A DNA stretch of 64,000 nucleotides from an uncultured Candidatus Saccharibacteria bacterium. GTDB lineage: Bacteria; Patescibacteriota; Minisyncoccia; Phycocordibacterales; UBA9973. Positions 1 through 10,624 of this stretch are shown here, in pieces. The notes beneath the pieces were generated by a model. The model saw only the letters and a program-made list of their open reading frames with translations. It ran no database searches and was not told the DNA's origin. Each line of letters begins with the position of its first letter. The first letter of the stretch is position 1. The stretch covers positions 197,532 through 261,531 of the forward strand of contig CAZGOI010000002.1 of NCBI GenBank assembly GCA_964527185.1, in the 5' to 3' direction. Both the position numbers and the translations under genes were made by a program.

Positions 1-874
1 ATCAGATTTAAAAGAAAATGCGGAAGGTAGGTTGAAAAAAGATGAATACGAAAAAGAATCAGCCCAAGATTTTGCCTTGTGGAAAGCCTGGGACGAAGGC
101 GATGGTGATGTTTTCTGGGAGAGTTCTTTTGGTAAGGGTCGCCCGGGTTGGCATATCGAGTGCTCGGCTATGTGCATCAAAGAACTTGGCGAGAGTATAG
201 ACCTGCACACCGGCGGAGTTGACCTTATATTCCCGCACCACGAAAATGAAATTGCTCAATCGGAATGCGCAACCGGCAAGCCATTTGTAAAATATTTTAT
301 GCACAACGAACACCTCTTGGTTGATGGGGTCAAGATGTCCAAATCTCTTGGTAATTATTATATTTTAAAAGATATAAGAGAGATGGGTGTCGAGCCCCTA
401 GCATTTCGATTGTGGATTTATATGTCGCACTACAAAACACTTTCAAATTTTACAAAAGAGGCGATCGACGGCGCACAGATTGCGTACAAAAGACTTCGTG
501 ATGCATTTTTAAATTTAAAAGAAGATGGCGGTAATATACATCCTGATTATAAAGATAGGTTTGTAGAATATATGGACGATGATCTCGATACGCCAAAGGC
601 TCTAGCTTTAATGTGGGAGCTCGTTCACAATACTGAAATTAGTAACGCTGATAAAAAGGCGACTCTTCTTGATTTTGACCAAGTTTTTGGATTTGGGCTC
701 GCAAAATTAAAAGAAGATGAAATTCCTAAAGATGTACAAGTGCTTGTCGATGAGCGAAACAAAGCACGCGAGCAAAAAGATTGGACTAGGAGCGATGAAA
801 TTCGAGACAAAATAAAAGACCTCGGTTACGAAATCAAAGATACAGAAAATAGTAGCAAGGTTTCAAAAATTTAA
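1..874 (+). CDS. cysS: cysteinyl-tRNA synthetase, C-terminal portion (5' end lies outside the window)
   Basis: KMSKS motif 'KMSKSLGN'; 'HIECSAMCIKELG...FPHHENEIAQ' matches the class I CysRS core; the frame is open to the window edge, so the M at 32 is internal. Confidence 0.85.
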   Translation, partial: SDLKENAEGRLKKDEYEKESAQDFALWKAWDEGDGDVFWESSFGKGRPGWHIECSAMCIKELGESIDLHTGGVDLIFPHHENEIAQSECATGKPFVKYFMHNEHLLVDGVKMSKSLGNYYILKDIREMGVEPLAFRLWIYMSHYKTLSNFTKEAIDGAQIAYKRLRDAFLNLKEDGGNIHPDYKDRFVEYMDDDLDTPKALALMWELVHNTEISNADKKATLLDFDQVFGFGLAKLKEDEIPKDVQVLVDERNKAREQKDWTRSDEIRDKIKDLGYEIKDTENSSKVSKI

Positions 875-876
875 AA

Positions 877-1719
877 TTATTTTACTAGGTTAAGCTCTAT
901 AAAAAACGTCGAGCCTTTGCCAGGGCCTGGTGATTTGACCCAGACTCTACCTTTATGTGCTTCGACAATTTCTTTTGCCAAGTATAGGCCTAGCCCTGAA
1001 CCACTGGTGTTTATTTTTGAGCCTTCACCACGAGCAAATTTTTGAAATAAAGTATTTTTTGTTTCCTCGGTCATGCCCATACCAGTATCGGTAACTGAGA
1101 AAATAACTTTATTATCATTTTTTTTAAGAGCAACCTTGATACTTCCCTCTTTTGTATATTTTATAGAATTGTCTATTAGATTTAGTACAACTTGTCTTAT
1201 TTTTTCTTTATCGCCATTTACTATGTACTGGTGTGGCTCTGAATCAAGAGCCAGGTCTAAACCCTTTTTCTTTGCAGTTATTGAAAGGTCCTTGACCATA
1301 TCAGAGACTACTGCATTTAGATCAAAAGCGGCCATTTCGTATTGCATTCCACCTTGCTCGATTTTTGAAACGTTGAGCAAGTCTTCGACAACTTTTGTTA
1401 AGTTTTGACTTGATTGAAATATGCGGTCAACTGCTTCGTGGGCTTTGTCGTCTATCTTACCAAAGTCACCCTCGAGCACCATAGAAGCATAGCCTTTGAT
1501 GGCTGTTAGTGGCGAACGAAGCTGGTGCGAAGCAAGTGAAAGAAACTCGGTTTTTAATTTATCGAGAGATTTAAGTTTTTCGTTGGCAGTACCGAGCTCG
1601 CCGTTGAGCCGAGCGATCTCTTTATTGAGATCGACCAATTCTTTATTTTTAATATATAGCTCTTCGGTAATTTCTTTAAATTCCTGTGGAGTGACATCTG
1701 TTGCCTTATTGTCTGCCAT
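877..1719 (-). CDS. sensor histidine kinase, soluble (no TM segment), coiled-coil N-terminus
   Basis: HisKA H-box 'LASHQLRSPLTAIKGY'; HATPase_c N/G boxes 'LIDNSIKYT', 'DTGMGM', 'GSGLGL'. Confidence 0.85.
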   Translation of the reverse strand: MADNKATDVTPQEFKEITEELYIKNKELVDLNKEIARLNGELGTANEKLKSLDKLKTEFLSLASHQLRSPLTAIKGYASMVLEGDFGKIDDKAHEAVDRIFQSSQNLTKVVEDLLNVSKIEQGGMQYEMAAFDLNAVVSDMVKDLSITAKKKGLDLALDSEPHQYIVNGDKEKIRQVVLNLIDNSIKYTKEGSIKVALKKNDNKVIFSVTDTGMGMTEETKNTLFQKFARGEGSKINTSGSGLGLYLAKEIVEAHKGRVWVKSPGPGKGSTFFIELNLVK

Positions 1720-1720
1720 A

Positions 1721-2011
1721 TTACTTTAAATTAGAGGGTAATTGATCTTGTGGCACTTCTTTGATTAGATCTTTAACTGCTTCTTTGCAAACTTCATCTG
1801 ACGCTCGGCCAAATAGACGCGAGTATTGGGATATTAATTTTTCGAGAACTTCTTTTTCGTTACCGTCGATAGAGACTTCGGCATTTTTTTGGTCTATGAC
1901 ATGAAAGCCTTGAACTTTTTTCGCCTCTTCCCAAGCCAAAGGGCCAATAATGAGCTCTTGCTCTTTTATTATTCTTATGGCCATTTGTGGAAATTGTAGC
2001 GTAGCATTCAT
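1721..2011 (-). CDS. hypothetical protein (96 aa)
   Basis: ORF packed between the kinase and the membrane-protein gene with 1–3 nt spacing; no recognisable motif. Confidence 0.35.
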   Translation of the reverse strand: MNATLQFPQMAIRIIKEQELIIGPLAWEEAKKVQGFHVIDQKNAEVSIDGNEKEVLEKLISQYSRLFGRASDEVCKEAVKDLIKEVPQDQLPSNLK

Positions 2012-2014
2012 AAA

Positions 2015-2812
2015 CTAATTTACTTTTAACTTATAAAAACCTAAAACACCGAATGAAAGCAAGAATAACCCGAGTGCTAGTAATAAATCTCCAAAATCAG
2101 CATTATAGTAAGTTCCTACAGTAGTAGTGTAAGAAAAAACAGTATCGGCAATAAACATTACCCCAAGACCTATTAAGATAGCGTAGATATCTAATTTGTA
2201 TTTACCTCCTAGGTATTTAAAAGAGAGCCCAGATATTATTATTGCTATAGTTAAACCAACAAAATCCCCTAATGGGTAGGCAATATCTAGAAGTGTTTTC
2301 AGTGGGGTTTCCCCTTGTGGAACCAATACCCCACCTCTGGCGACAGTAACAAGAATATAGTAAGAAAAAATTAAAATTATTATTGGCGCTATTATTACAA
2401 AAAATTTTGCGATTTTGCTTCGAAGGCCATATTTGGCCCCAGTTGCTTTTGCAAGGAAAGCAGCTCCAAGCCCATAGAAAAATATACTTGGAGCAAAACC
2501 AATATCAGCCAGTGACGGATACGGGGCAGGAACATTCATAAAGAAATTGTAGTAAGACCAAATTATTTCACCGCATCCCCACAAGAAAATTCCTAGACCA
2601 ATAAAGAATACTGCTTTACCGACAGCGCTTTTAAGCCCACCCCACACTCGAGATCTGCTTATAGCAATTATGCCTCCAAAAAGAGGAATTAGACCAAACA
2701 AAAACGAGTATAGATAGTTGTAGAAACCCTCTTTGGTTCCAGTAAAAAATAAAGCAGCCCAAAATAGGAAAAGTAGAATAAAGAACCAAAGAAAAATTTT
2801 TTGTAGAGTATT
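2015..2812 (-). CDS. polytopic membrane protein (about 8 TM)
   Basis: Highly hydrophobic repeated helices; likely start at 'MNTLQKIF' (the ORF extends to 2890 but that stretch overlaps the upstream gene). Confidence 0.5.
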   Translation of the reverse strand, partial: NTLQKIFLWFFILLFLFWAALFFTGTKEGFYNYLYSFLFGLIPLFGGIIAISRSRVWGGLKSAVGKAVFFIGLGIFLWGCGEIIWSYYNFFMNVPAPYPSLADIGFAPSIFFYGLGAAFLAKATGAKYGLRSKIAKFFVIIAPIIILIFSYYILVTVARGGVLVPQGETPLKTLLDIAYPLGDFVGLTIAIIISGLSFKYLGGKYKLDIYAILIGLGVMFIADTVFSYTTTVGTYYNADFGDLLLALGLFLLSFGVLGFYKLKVN

Positions 2813-2855
2813 CATGTCTTTACATATCAAATTATAATTCTCATAACAAAAGTAG

Positions 2856-3992
2856 TCAAATAAAATAAACCTTGGGTTTAGGGAAACCATTAAATTTACT
2901 TACGGCGGTTAAAGTATAGGCTCCTACGTTGTGAATGATTAACTTATCACCTACTTCTATATCTGCAGGTAATAAAGCTTCTTTAGTTATGATATCTGGC
3001 GAGTCTCCAGTAGGCCCAGCTAAGGAAAATAATTTCTCGCCCGCTTCACCCACAGGTCTCATGCTAGATATCGGATATCTAGTAGAACCTTGGTACGACA
3101 TCGCTTCGAAAAAAGCATTGTATACACCAGCATCTAGGAATAACCATGTCCCGCTGGCTCTTTCGATCTTGCCTATAATAGTAGCTATGACTATTCCTGT
3201 ATCAGCTATTATTCCTCTACCGGGTTCTAAAAGCAAACGTGGTTTATAGTGTAATTTTTTGTACTGTGAAAGAGTGTTGTTGGCAATTTCTTTTAAAGAG
3301 GGTATGTCTTCGCTTGATATGTATTTGCAAGGATACCCTCCGCCAATATCTAGAACTTCTATTTTTATATTTTTCTTTACTAATTCATCAATTACATAAC
3401 TGAGTGATGCAATTCCGTTAGACCAGGCCAGGGGATTACTTGCCTGCGAACCAACATGAAAACTTATTCCATATGGAACGAGTCCTAACTCTTGAGCCCT
3501 GCTAAGCAATGAAACGACATTGCCGATGTCAGTACCAAATTTTTCAGAAAATTTAAAAACGCTGCCTTTGTCGTTTACCACAACTCGAATATATACTTTT
3601 GATTTTGGCGCGACGGCTGCAATTTTTTCTAATTCTTGGAAAGAATCAGCGCAGAATTTACGAACTCCATATTTATAAAATTCCTTAATGTGAGATATTG
3701 GTTTGACAGAGGTCCCATAAATTATATGGTCTGGTTTGACTTTTATTTTTTTTAGCCAAGTTAGTTCGTATTTAGACGCAACCTCAAAAGAACAATGAGA
3801 GTCATTTAAAAACTTGAGGAGTTCAGGCTCCGAATTGGCCTTCATGGCATAGTGGACTAGAGAATTCGGAAAGAGTTTTTTAAATTCGTTTATATGAGAT
3901 TTTATCTTTCTTTTAGAAAAAAGAAAAAAAGGCGTCTCGTGTTTAAGTTTTTTTAATGAAGAAACGCTAAATTCCTTTTCTAGAGTAAACAT
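2856..3992 (-). CDS. fold-type III PLP-dependent decarboxylase (diaminopimelate/ornithine decarboxylase family)
   Basis: 'HYAMKAN' PLP-lysine motif near the N-terminus; 'DIGGGY' and 'EPGR' motifs typical of the LysA/ODC family. Confidence 0.7.
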   Translation of the reverse strand: MFTLEKEFSVSSLKKLKHETPFFLFSKRKIKSHINEFKKLFPNSLVHYAMKANSEPELLKFLNDSHCSFEVASKYELTWLKKIKVKPDHIIYGTSVKPISHIKEFYKYGVRKFCADSFQELEKIAAVAPKSKVYIRVVVNDKGSVFKFSEKFGTDIGNVVSLLSRAQELGLVPYGISFHVGSQASNPLAWSNGIASLSYVIDELVKKNIKIEVLDIGGGYPCKYISSEDIPSLKEIANNTLSQYKKLHYKPRLLLEPGRGIIADTGIVIATIIGKIERASGTWLFLDAGVYNAFFEAMSYQGSTRYPISSMRPVGEAGEKLFSLAGPTGDSPDIITKEALLPADIEVGDKLIIHNVGAYTLTAVSKFNGFPKPKVYFI

Positions 3993-4001
3993 TTAATGCC
4001 T

Positions 4002-4901
4002 CTATTTTAGCACAGAAAGTATTATTATGCCAAAAATAATAACAAAAGTGCCTATAGTTTGAATGCGATTTGGTCTTTCTTTTAAGAAAATTCTGGCAAG
4101 AATTATAGTCGGCAAAGAAAAAGCTCCACTGACTAGAGCCACGACGCTAGTTTTTGAAGTAGTGCTATAACCCAAACTTATAGACAGATAGCCTATCGTC
4201 TCGCAAAGACCTATGAGAATAAGAAACTTCCAAACATGTGGCTTGTGAAAAATCGTCTTTATTTTTCGTGCATAGCAGACTATCCATATATATATGGTCA
4301 TAGACAAATACATAAACAGCGAATAAGAAAACCAATCTTGACCGCTTATGAATTTGTCCCAAAAAAGAGTCCATAGAGAAGCAAATATAGTAGCTAGAGC
4401 TACTTTTTTAAAGCCGGGAACTTTGCTGATTTTAAAACTTTTTTCCTTTAAAGCTTTTAAATCTAGATTGATGAACAAAATACCAACAAAAACTATAATT
4501 AAAGAAATCACTACGTGCCCAGTTACCATCTCACCAAAAATTAATATAGAAAAAATAGCAGTAAACCCTGAGAACGAAGAAAAGACGGGGTTCAGAACTG
4601 AAACTTGACCCTGGCCGAAACCTTTATAAACTAGAATATAAATAATTGCTTGAAAAACCCCAAAGAAAACTAAGAGGAGTAATACTTTGCTATCTCCAGG
4701 AATTAGAAATGGTTTGCCAATTTTATTAAAATAATAAAATGCAAATATTATGAGAGTAATAACCCCAAAGATATGCGCCCAAGCTAAACTCGCAATGTCT
4801 CCAATTTCATCGATCGTCTTTTTAGCAAAAAAATCGGCCAACCCCCAGCCAAGCATGCCACCAAGCCCAGCCAATATAGCAACAAATAATTCATTTTGCA
4901 T
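4002..4901 (-). CDS. DMT/EamA-like membrane transporter (about 10 TM)
   Basis: Two repeated 5-TM halves; hydrophobicity pattern of the EamA family. Confidence 0.5.
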   Translation of the reverse strand: MQNELFVAILAGLGGMLGWGLADFFAKKTIDEIGDIASLAWAHIFGVITLIIFAFYYFNKIGKPFLIPGDSKVLLLLVFFGVFQAIIYILVYKGFGQGQVSVLNPVFSSFSGFTAIFSILIFGEMVTGHVVISLIIVFVGILFINLDLKALKEKSFKISKVPGFKKVALATIFASLWTLFWDKFISGQDWFSYSLFMYLSMTIYIWIVCYARKIKTIFHKPHVWKFLILIGLCETIGYLSISLGYSTTSKTSVVALVSGAFSLPTIILARIFLKERPNRIQTIGTFVIIFGIIILSVLK

Positions 4902-4933
4902 TGTAAATTAATTATACCATTCTCTATGTAATT

Positions 4934-6037
4934 TTATATCCCCTCTTTTTTTAGATCTTCGATTAAATCTTTAGATTTTTTAGAAAGTTTGCTTGGCATT
5001 TTGATGAGCACTCGCATTATGATGTCGCCTCGGCCGTGGCCGCTCGGCACACCCTTGCCACGAATACGAAGCAATTCGCCGTGGTTTACACCTTCTGGAA
5101 TTTTAACTTCGATAATTTTACCTTCGAGAGTTTTGAGTTCATATGTCATACCAAGAAGCGCGTCGGAGAGTTTGACGTGGACATCAAGATTTAAATTCGA
5201 GCCATCGCGCTTGAAAACCGAGTGCGATTTGACATTGACTTTGATATATAGGTCTCCCGCTTGCCCGCCACGAATTGCTTCACCGAGGCCAGTCATGCGA
5301 ATCATCTCGCCATTGTTAATGCCGCTTGGAATATTTATGGTAATTTCTTCTTGCTTTTTCAAAACTCCAGCTCCGCGACATTCGTTGCATTTTTCTGTTG
5401 GAACTTTGCCTTCGCCGAAACACGTATCACAGGTGCGAACGCTCGAAAAACTTCCAAGTATCGAGCGTTTGACTTCGCGCACTTGGCCTTGGCCGTTACA
5501 GGTCTTGCAGGTTTCCATTTTTGTTCCAGGTTTTGCGCCGGTACCTTTACAGATGTCGCATTTTGATTGTTTTGCGATCAAAATTTTTCTGGTCGCGCCA
5601 AAAATTGAATCTTCAAAAGAAATATCTATCTCGGTTGAGATATCACGCCCGCGGCGAACTCCACGAGACCTGTTCATGCTACTGCCAAAGAAATCGCCAA
5701 AAATATCGCCCAAGTCACCCATATCAAATTCGACATTTCCATTTTGGAAGCCTGATTGAAAGCCACTGAAATCAAAACCGCCAAAACCTTGCCCGTTGAA
5801 ACCGCCAGCGCCCGGGTTGAAACCCTGGGGTCCAGATGAACCAAAGCGATCGTATTGGGCGCGCTTCCCGTCATCAGAGAGAGTCTGATAGGCTTCGTTG
5901 ACTTCTTTAAACTTTTTATCATCACCCTTGTTTTTATCTGGGTGGTGCTTGTGGGCGAGCTTGTGAAAAGCCTTTTTTATTTCATCTTTTGAAGCGTTTT
6001 TAGTAACTCCTAGAATTTCGTAGTAATCTTTAGCCAT
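4934..6037 (-). CDS. dnaJ: chaperone DnaJ
   Basis: J-domain 'YYEILGV...HPDKN'; G/F-rich linker; four CxxCxGxG zinc-finger repeats. Confidence 0.92.
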   Translation of the reverse strand: MAKDYYEILGVTKNASKDEIKKAFHKLAHKHHPDKNKGDDKKFKEVNEAYQTLSDDGKRAQYDRFGSSGPQGFNPGAGGFNGQGFGGFDFSGFQSGFQNGNVEFDMGDLGDIFGDFFGSSMNRSRGVRRGRDISTEIDISFEDSIFGATRKILIAKQSKCDICKGTGAKPGTKMETCKTCNGQGQVREVKRSILGSFSSVRTCDTCFGEGKVPTEKCNECRGAGVLKKQEEITINIPSGINNGEMIRMTGLGEAIRGGQAGDLYIKVNVKSHSVFKRDGSNLNLDVHVKLSDALLGMTYELKTLEGKIIEVKIPEGVNHGELLRIRGKGVPSGHGRGDIIMRVLIKMPSKLSKKSKDLIEDLKKEGI

Positions 6038-6151
6038 AGTTTTATTATACTGAGAGAATATATTTAGAGCAATCTGCGCTATAAATAGGTAGTCATAGGT
6101 TTTTCAGGCCAGAATGCGAATTGCGGAAAATATATTCCTTAAGTATTTAAT

Positions 6152-8035
6152 TTATTTTTGCCCTTCGTTTTCTTTTGTTTCCGCGTCTTTTACTTCTTGC
6201 CCTTGTTGTTCTGGTGTCGCATTTTCTCCGCCGGCAGATTTACTAACGGCTTCGCCGATTTTTGAGACTTCGGTTGTTAGAGCTTCGAGTGCAAATTTTA
6301 TGGCCTCAAGGTCAGAACCATCTTTTGCGGTTTTAGCCGCTGCAATTTTTTCTTCAACTCCAATTTTTATTTCGCTAGGAATTTTATCGCCATATTCTTT
6401 TAGAGATTTCTCGGCAGAGAATATCATCATCTCGGCGGTGTTTTTCTCATCGACGAGTTCTTTCTTTTTCTTGTCTTCTTCGGCGTGTAGTTCGGCATCG
6501 GCTTGCATCTTTTTAATATCGGCATCGGTCAATCCAGACGAGGCTTCGATACGGATCGACTGCTCTTTGCCACTAGCTTTATCTTTGGCTTTGACATTAA
6601 GAATTCCATTGGCGTCGACATCAAAAGACACTTCGACTTGTGGCATGCCGCGCGGAGCTGGCGGAATGCCATCGAGAATAAACCGCCCGAGGGATTTATT
6701 GTCGCTTGTCATTGGTCGTTCGCCTTGGGTGATATGAATCTCGACACTTGTCTGGTTGTCGGCAGCAGTCGAGAAGACTTGGGCTTTTGAGCTTGGGATA
6801 GTAGTGTTGCGCTCGATTAATTTTGTCGATACGCCGCCCAAAGTCTCGATACCGAGCGATAGTGGAATGACATCAAGGAGTAGCACGTCTTTGACATCGC
6901 CCTGCAAAACTCCGGCCTGAACTGCGGCACCGAGAGCGACGACTTCATCTGGGTTGATAGAGCGATTTGGTTCTTTACCAAATAAATTTTTAACAGCTTC
7001 GACGATAGCCGGCATGCGTGTCTGCCCGCCGACCATGATGATTTCATTTATTTCATTCATCTTAAAAGGTGAGGCTTCCATTGCGCGCTTTGTGATCTCG
7101 ATCGAGCGATCGACATATTCCTGGGCTAGAGATTCGAGAGTGGCGCGAGTCATCTTTATGAGCAAGTGCCTTGGGCCTGAAGAATCTGAAGTTATGAATG
7201 GAATATTTATTTCTGTTTCTGGGGTTGTCGAGAGTTCGATCTTTGCTTTTTCGGCAGCTTCATCGAGACGCTGGAGAGCCAGAGGGTCTTTGGTAATGTC
7301 GATACCACTTTCTTTTTTAAATTCTGTTGCCAGCCAATTGATAATCTTTTGGTCGATATCGCGGCCACCCATGTGTGAATCGCCATCGGTCGATTTGACT
7401 TCGATAACATCGTCTGAAACTTCAAGGACTGAGACGTCGAATGTTCCACCACCAAAATCGTAGACGACTATCTTTTCATTTTTCTTTGTGTTGAATCCAT
7501 AGGCCAAGGCTGCGGCTGTCGGCTCGTTGATAATGCGTTTGACATCGAGGCCTGCGATCGCGCCGGCATCCTTGGTTGCCTTTCTCTGCGCATCGTTGAA
7601 ATAGGCCGGTACGGTTATGATGGCCTCGGTAATTTTTTCACCGAGTTTGGCCTCGGTGTCGGCTTTGAGTTTGGCCAAGATCATTGCAGAAATTTCTTCT
7701 GGGCGATACCATTTGTCTCCAATTGAAACTTCGACACCACCATCCTTACCTTTTTGCGATTTGAATGGGTTTGTTTTTTCATCTTTCTGAATTTCTGCGT
7801 CGTCGAACATGTGCCCCATGTATCGCTTGATACCGTAGATTGTGTTTTGTGGGTTTGTAACTGCTTGGCGCTTGGCGAGAAGCCCAACCAATCGGTCGCC
7901 ATTTTTTGCAACAGCGACGATCGATGGAGTCGTCCTTCCACCTTCGATATTTTCTATAATCTTTGGCTGACCACCTTCGATGATAGCAACCGCGCTATTT
8001 GTTGTACCCAAGTCTATACCAATTATTTTTGACAT
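6152..8035 (-). CDS. dnaK: chaperone DnaK (Hsp70)
   Basis: '[14 protein letters not shown]', 'DLGGGTFD' and a substrate-binding domain with lid; 627 aa. Confidence 0.96.
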   Translation of the reverse strand: MSKIIGIDLGTTNSAVAIIEGGQPKIIENIEGGRTTPSIVAVAKNGDRLVGLLAKRQAVTNPQNTIYGIKRYMGHMFDDAEIQKDEKTNPFKSQKGKDGGVEVSIGDKWYRPEEISAMILAKLKADTEAKLGEKITEAIITVPAYFNDAQRKATKDAGAIAGLDVKRIINEPTAAALAYGFNTKKNEKIVVYDFGGGTFDVSVLEVSDDVIEVKSTDGDSHMGGRDIDQKIINWLATEFKKESGIDITKDPLALQRLDEAAEKAKIELSTTPETEINIPFITSDSSGPRHLLIKMTRATLESLAQEYVDRSIEITKRAMEASPFKMNEINEIIMVGGQTRMPAIVEAVKNLFGKEPNRSINPDEVVALGAAVQAGVLQGDVKDVLLLDVIPLSLGIETLGGVSTKLIERNTTIPSSKAQVFSTAADNQTSVEIHITQGERPMTSDNKSLGRFILDGIPPAPRGMPQVEVSFDVDANGILNVKAKDKASGKEQSIRIEASSGLTDADIKKMQADAELHAEEDKKKKELVDEKNTAEMMIFSAEKSLKEYGDKIPSEIKIGVEEKIAAAKTAKDGSDLEAIKFALEALTTEVSKIGEAVSKSAGGENATPEQQGQEVKDAETKENEGQK

Positions 8036-8047
8036 ATTTTTTATAAA

Positions 8048-8563
8048 TTAACTTTTAATATTTTTAATAACTTCTTCGACTACTTCTTCAAGGGGTTTGT
8101 TTGTATTTATTGGTATTGCACCCATATCAATCATTTTTCTTTCAAAATCCTTATGCCAATCCTTCATCATTTCTTGCACTGACTCATGTTTCCCAAAATC
8201 ATTATTTGTTCGTTCAATAATTCTTTTTATAAATATTTCATTATCTGTTCTAAGTAAAAAAACTTTATCAAATAAATCTAGATATTCCTTTTGGTTATCT
8301 GTAAGGCCAACTGCAATAGATATATCATGGCCCTCAAATAAACTGAATAATTGTTCCTTATCACATATACGTTTATTGTTTTTAAAAAATTCTTTATTTG
8401 TACCAGCATGTCCATGATAAATTTCACTTGTATTTTTATTAACCCATTTACATAACCCTGATACTTTGTCTATATCTACAACATGAAACCCTTTTTTCTT
8501 CAACTCTTCACCAGTCGTAGATTTACCTGTACCAGAGACACCAGTTATATAAAATTTCTTCAT
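8048..8563 (-). CDS. P-loop NTPase / small kinase-like protein
   Basis: Walker A 'GVSGTGKST' at the N-terminus; 171 aa. Confidence 0.55.
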   Translation of the reverse strand: MKKFYITGVSGTGKSTTGEELKKKGFHVVDIDKVSGLCKWVNKNTSEIYHGHAGTNKEFFKNNKRICDKEQLFSLFEGHDISIAVGLTDNQKEYLDLFDKVFLLRTDNEIFIKRIIERTNNDFGKHESVQEMMKDWHKDFERKMIDMGAIPINTNKPLEEVVEEVIKNIKS

Positions 8564-8660
8564 GCGAGCCTAATTATATAGTTAACATTTATTTTTAACA
8601 AGTATTTAGCGACCGCTAAAACTATGTTGATATTATATTTATAGTTGATATAATGTCAAT

Positions 8661-9203
8661 ATGGCAAAAAAATCATTGATCAAAAAGGCTATTTTAAGAG
8701 CTTTTAACGAAAATAAGCCTATTTCTATGGATACGATAAAAAAAACCACCGAGAAGCCTATTTTGCGCGAATACGAGGGTAAAAATGCCAATTATTCTAT
8801 CAATAGGTCTATGAAAAACATGATCGCTGATGGTTTGGTTGAAACCCTAAACTCTGAACACAGCCAATACTTCCGCCTAACCCCTCTTGGCAAACAAGAG
8901 CTAAACAATATCGCCATCGAAGCCGAGGGTGGGCTCGTGTCTACCCATTGGGACGGATATTGGAGGATAATAATTCTTGATATTCCAGAAGATCGCAAGA
9001 GCGAGCGCGAAGCCCTGCGCTACCTGCTTAAAAAAGCGGGGTTTGTGTGTGTAAAAAATTCTGTTTGGATTTCTATGCTTCCGTTTGAAAATCTTTTCAT
9101 AAATATAAAAAAAGATCTCGGCCTAACAACCGAGATGATGATAATAGTGACAGAAAAAATTGATTCTGAAACCGAAGAAGAATTCTTTAAATTAATTAAA
9201 TAA
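8661..9203 (+). CDS. PaaX-like transcriptional regulator (winged helix plus C-terminal domain)
   Basis: C-terminal 'WDGYWRIIILDIPEDRKSEREALRYLLKKAGFVCVKNSVWIS' resembles the PaaX C-domain consensus. Confidence 0.4.
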   Translation: MAKKSLIKKAILRAFNENKPISMDTIKKTTEKPILREYEGKNANYSINRSMKNMIADGLVETLNSEHSQYFRLTPLGKQELNNIAIEAEGGLVSTHWDGYWRIIILDIPEDRKSEREALRYLLKKAGFVCVKNSVWISMLPFENLFINIKKDLGLTTEMMIIVTEKIDSETEEEFFKLIK

Positions 9204-9205
9204 AT

Positions 9206-9787
9206 TTAATTTTTATACTCCCAGATTTTTACACGAGCGGGGCGCAGAACTCGCCCTGCCTCGGTGACAGATGGGTCGCCTATTTTGTAGCCTGATTGGA
9301 TAACACTTTCGATAATGTGGTCTTTGTTTTCTTCGTCGGTCTCTATAGATTCAACGGCTTCGTGAAGGTTGGGATCAAATTTTACTCCGACACTATTTAT
9401 AACTGTGATTTTATTGTCCGCAAAAGCTTGGAGGAATTTTGAATGGATATACTCTATTCCCTGCCGCCAATTTTTATCGACGCTCTCCCAAGCAGTCTTG
9501 TTGCCCATGGCCATATCGAAAGCATCGAGCGCTGGCAAAATCGAATCGACGAGTTCTTCTACCCCGAGTTCTTTGCCTCGCGAAAATTTTGCTTCGGCTT
9601 CTTTTTGCAAGTTAATATAGTCGGCCTTGGCCCTCTGCCAGCCGGTTAAATATTCTTCTTTCTCATCTTTTAGTTTTTTATTTTCGGCGCGAAGTCTCTT
9701 CATCTGGTCTTTTTTCGGCAATTCATCACCGTCTTCGGTACTGTCGACAAAAGCAACGTCTTCAAAATTTTCTTCATCTTTTTCCAT
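9206..9787 (-). CDS. grpE: nucleotide exchange factor GrpE
   Basis: Coiled-coil N-terminus with KLK repeats; C-terminal 'SVIQSGYKIGDPSVTEAGRVLRPARVKI' matches the GrpE beta-domain. Confidence 0.8.
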   Translation of the reverse strand: MEKDEENFEDVAFVDSTEDGDELPKKDQMKRLRAENKKLKDEKEEYLTGWQRAKADYINLQKEAEAKFSRGKELGVEELVDSILPALDAFDMAMGNKTAWESVDKNWRQGIEYIHSKFLQAFADNKITVINSVGVKFDPNLHEAVESIETDEENKDHIIESVIQSGYKIGDPSVTEAGRVLRPARVKIWEYKN

Positions 9788-9847
9788 AAGTGCTACTAGT
9801 ATACAAAAAAGTATGTTTTTTGCAAAAGAAAAACCTCTTGCGAGGTT

Positions 9848-10258
9848 TTATCTTTTACTCCACTGCGGAGCTTTGCGGGCTTTTTTGAGGCCGAACTTGC
9901 GGCGTTCTTTTTGGCGAGGGTCGCGTTTGAGCATTTTTGCTTTTTTCAAATTTGATCGCAGTTCGCTGTCAAACATAACAAGCGCTCGAGAGATGCCGTG
10001 TCGCACAGATTCGGCTTGGGAATTGATGCCCCCGCCTTTGGCGGTGACGACGACTTCAAATTTTTGCGAGTGACCAGCTTGGTCGAAAGCGCCAGTCACG
10101 ATCTTTTTCAGAGTGGCAGTTTTAAAATAATCTTCTAAATTTTTACCGTTTATCGAATAGGTCGTCTTGGTGGCTTTGTGTATTCGCACAACGGCAGTCG
10201 AAGTCTTGCGTCGGCCGATAGCTCTGATGTATTCATTTTTAGAAATTTTCTTTTCCAT
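9848..10258 (-). CDS. rpsI: 30S ribosomal protein S9
   Basis: 'GRRKTSTAVVRI', 'GGGINSQAESVRHGISRAL', C-terminal 'KKARKAPQWSKR'. Confidence 0.92.
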   Translation of the reverse strand: MEKKISKNEYIRAIGRRKTSTAVVRIHKATKTTYSINGKNLEDYFKTATLKKIVTGAFDQAGHSQKFEVVVTAKGGGINSQAESVRHGISRALVMFDSELRSNLKKAKMLKRDPRQKERRKFGLKKARKAPQWSKR

Positions 10259-10261
10259 ATT

Positions 10262-10624
10262 TTAATCGGTTATTGTTAAGCGCTTCATCATTTGCGGGCG
10301 AAGCTTATTGCCAGGCAACATCCCATAGATAGCAAGTTCATATAGCTCTTTCCATCCTTTATTTTTTAAAATCTTGGCATTGGTGCGCAATTTCAAACCG
10401 CCTGGGTGGCCAGAATAGCGCTCATGAATAGTTTTTTCACGGCGAGCTTCGGTCATCTTTGTTTTCGAAGCGTTTACAACATTCACTCGAACATCTGCCA
10501 CGCGGTTGGCTACATAGTCGGCCGAGTTCTTGCCCATAAGAGCCTTGGCGGCAGCCGAAGCTACTCGCCCGAGCGTCTTTCCATCTGCATCGATTGTGTG
10601 TGTCTTTGTCATAAATTTATACAA
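10262..10624 (-). CDS. rplM: 50S ribosomal protein L13
   Basis: 'HTIDADGKTLGRVASAAAKALMGK'. Confidence 0.9.
   Translation of the reverse strand: MYKFMTKTHTIDADGKTLGRVASAAAKALMGKNSADYVANRVADVRVNVVNASKTKMTEARREKTIHERYSGHPGGLKLRTNAKILKNKGWKELYELAIYGMLPGNKLRPQMMKRLTITD

Noticed and set aside
32-874. Treating the M at position 32 as the cysS start codon
   Set aside because: The reading frame is open to the window edge and the N-terminal HIGH region is missing, so the gene is 5' truncated by the window.
6114-7463. Long antisense ORFs inside dnaK (6114-6737, 6503-6790, 6954-7463, and others); similar ones lie inside dnaJ, gyrA, typA and alaS
   Set aside because: They overlap well-supported CDSs on the opposite strand and have no motifs, so they are spurious frames.
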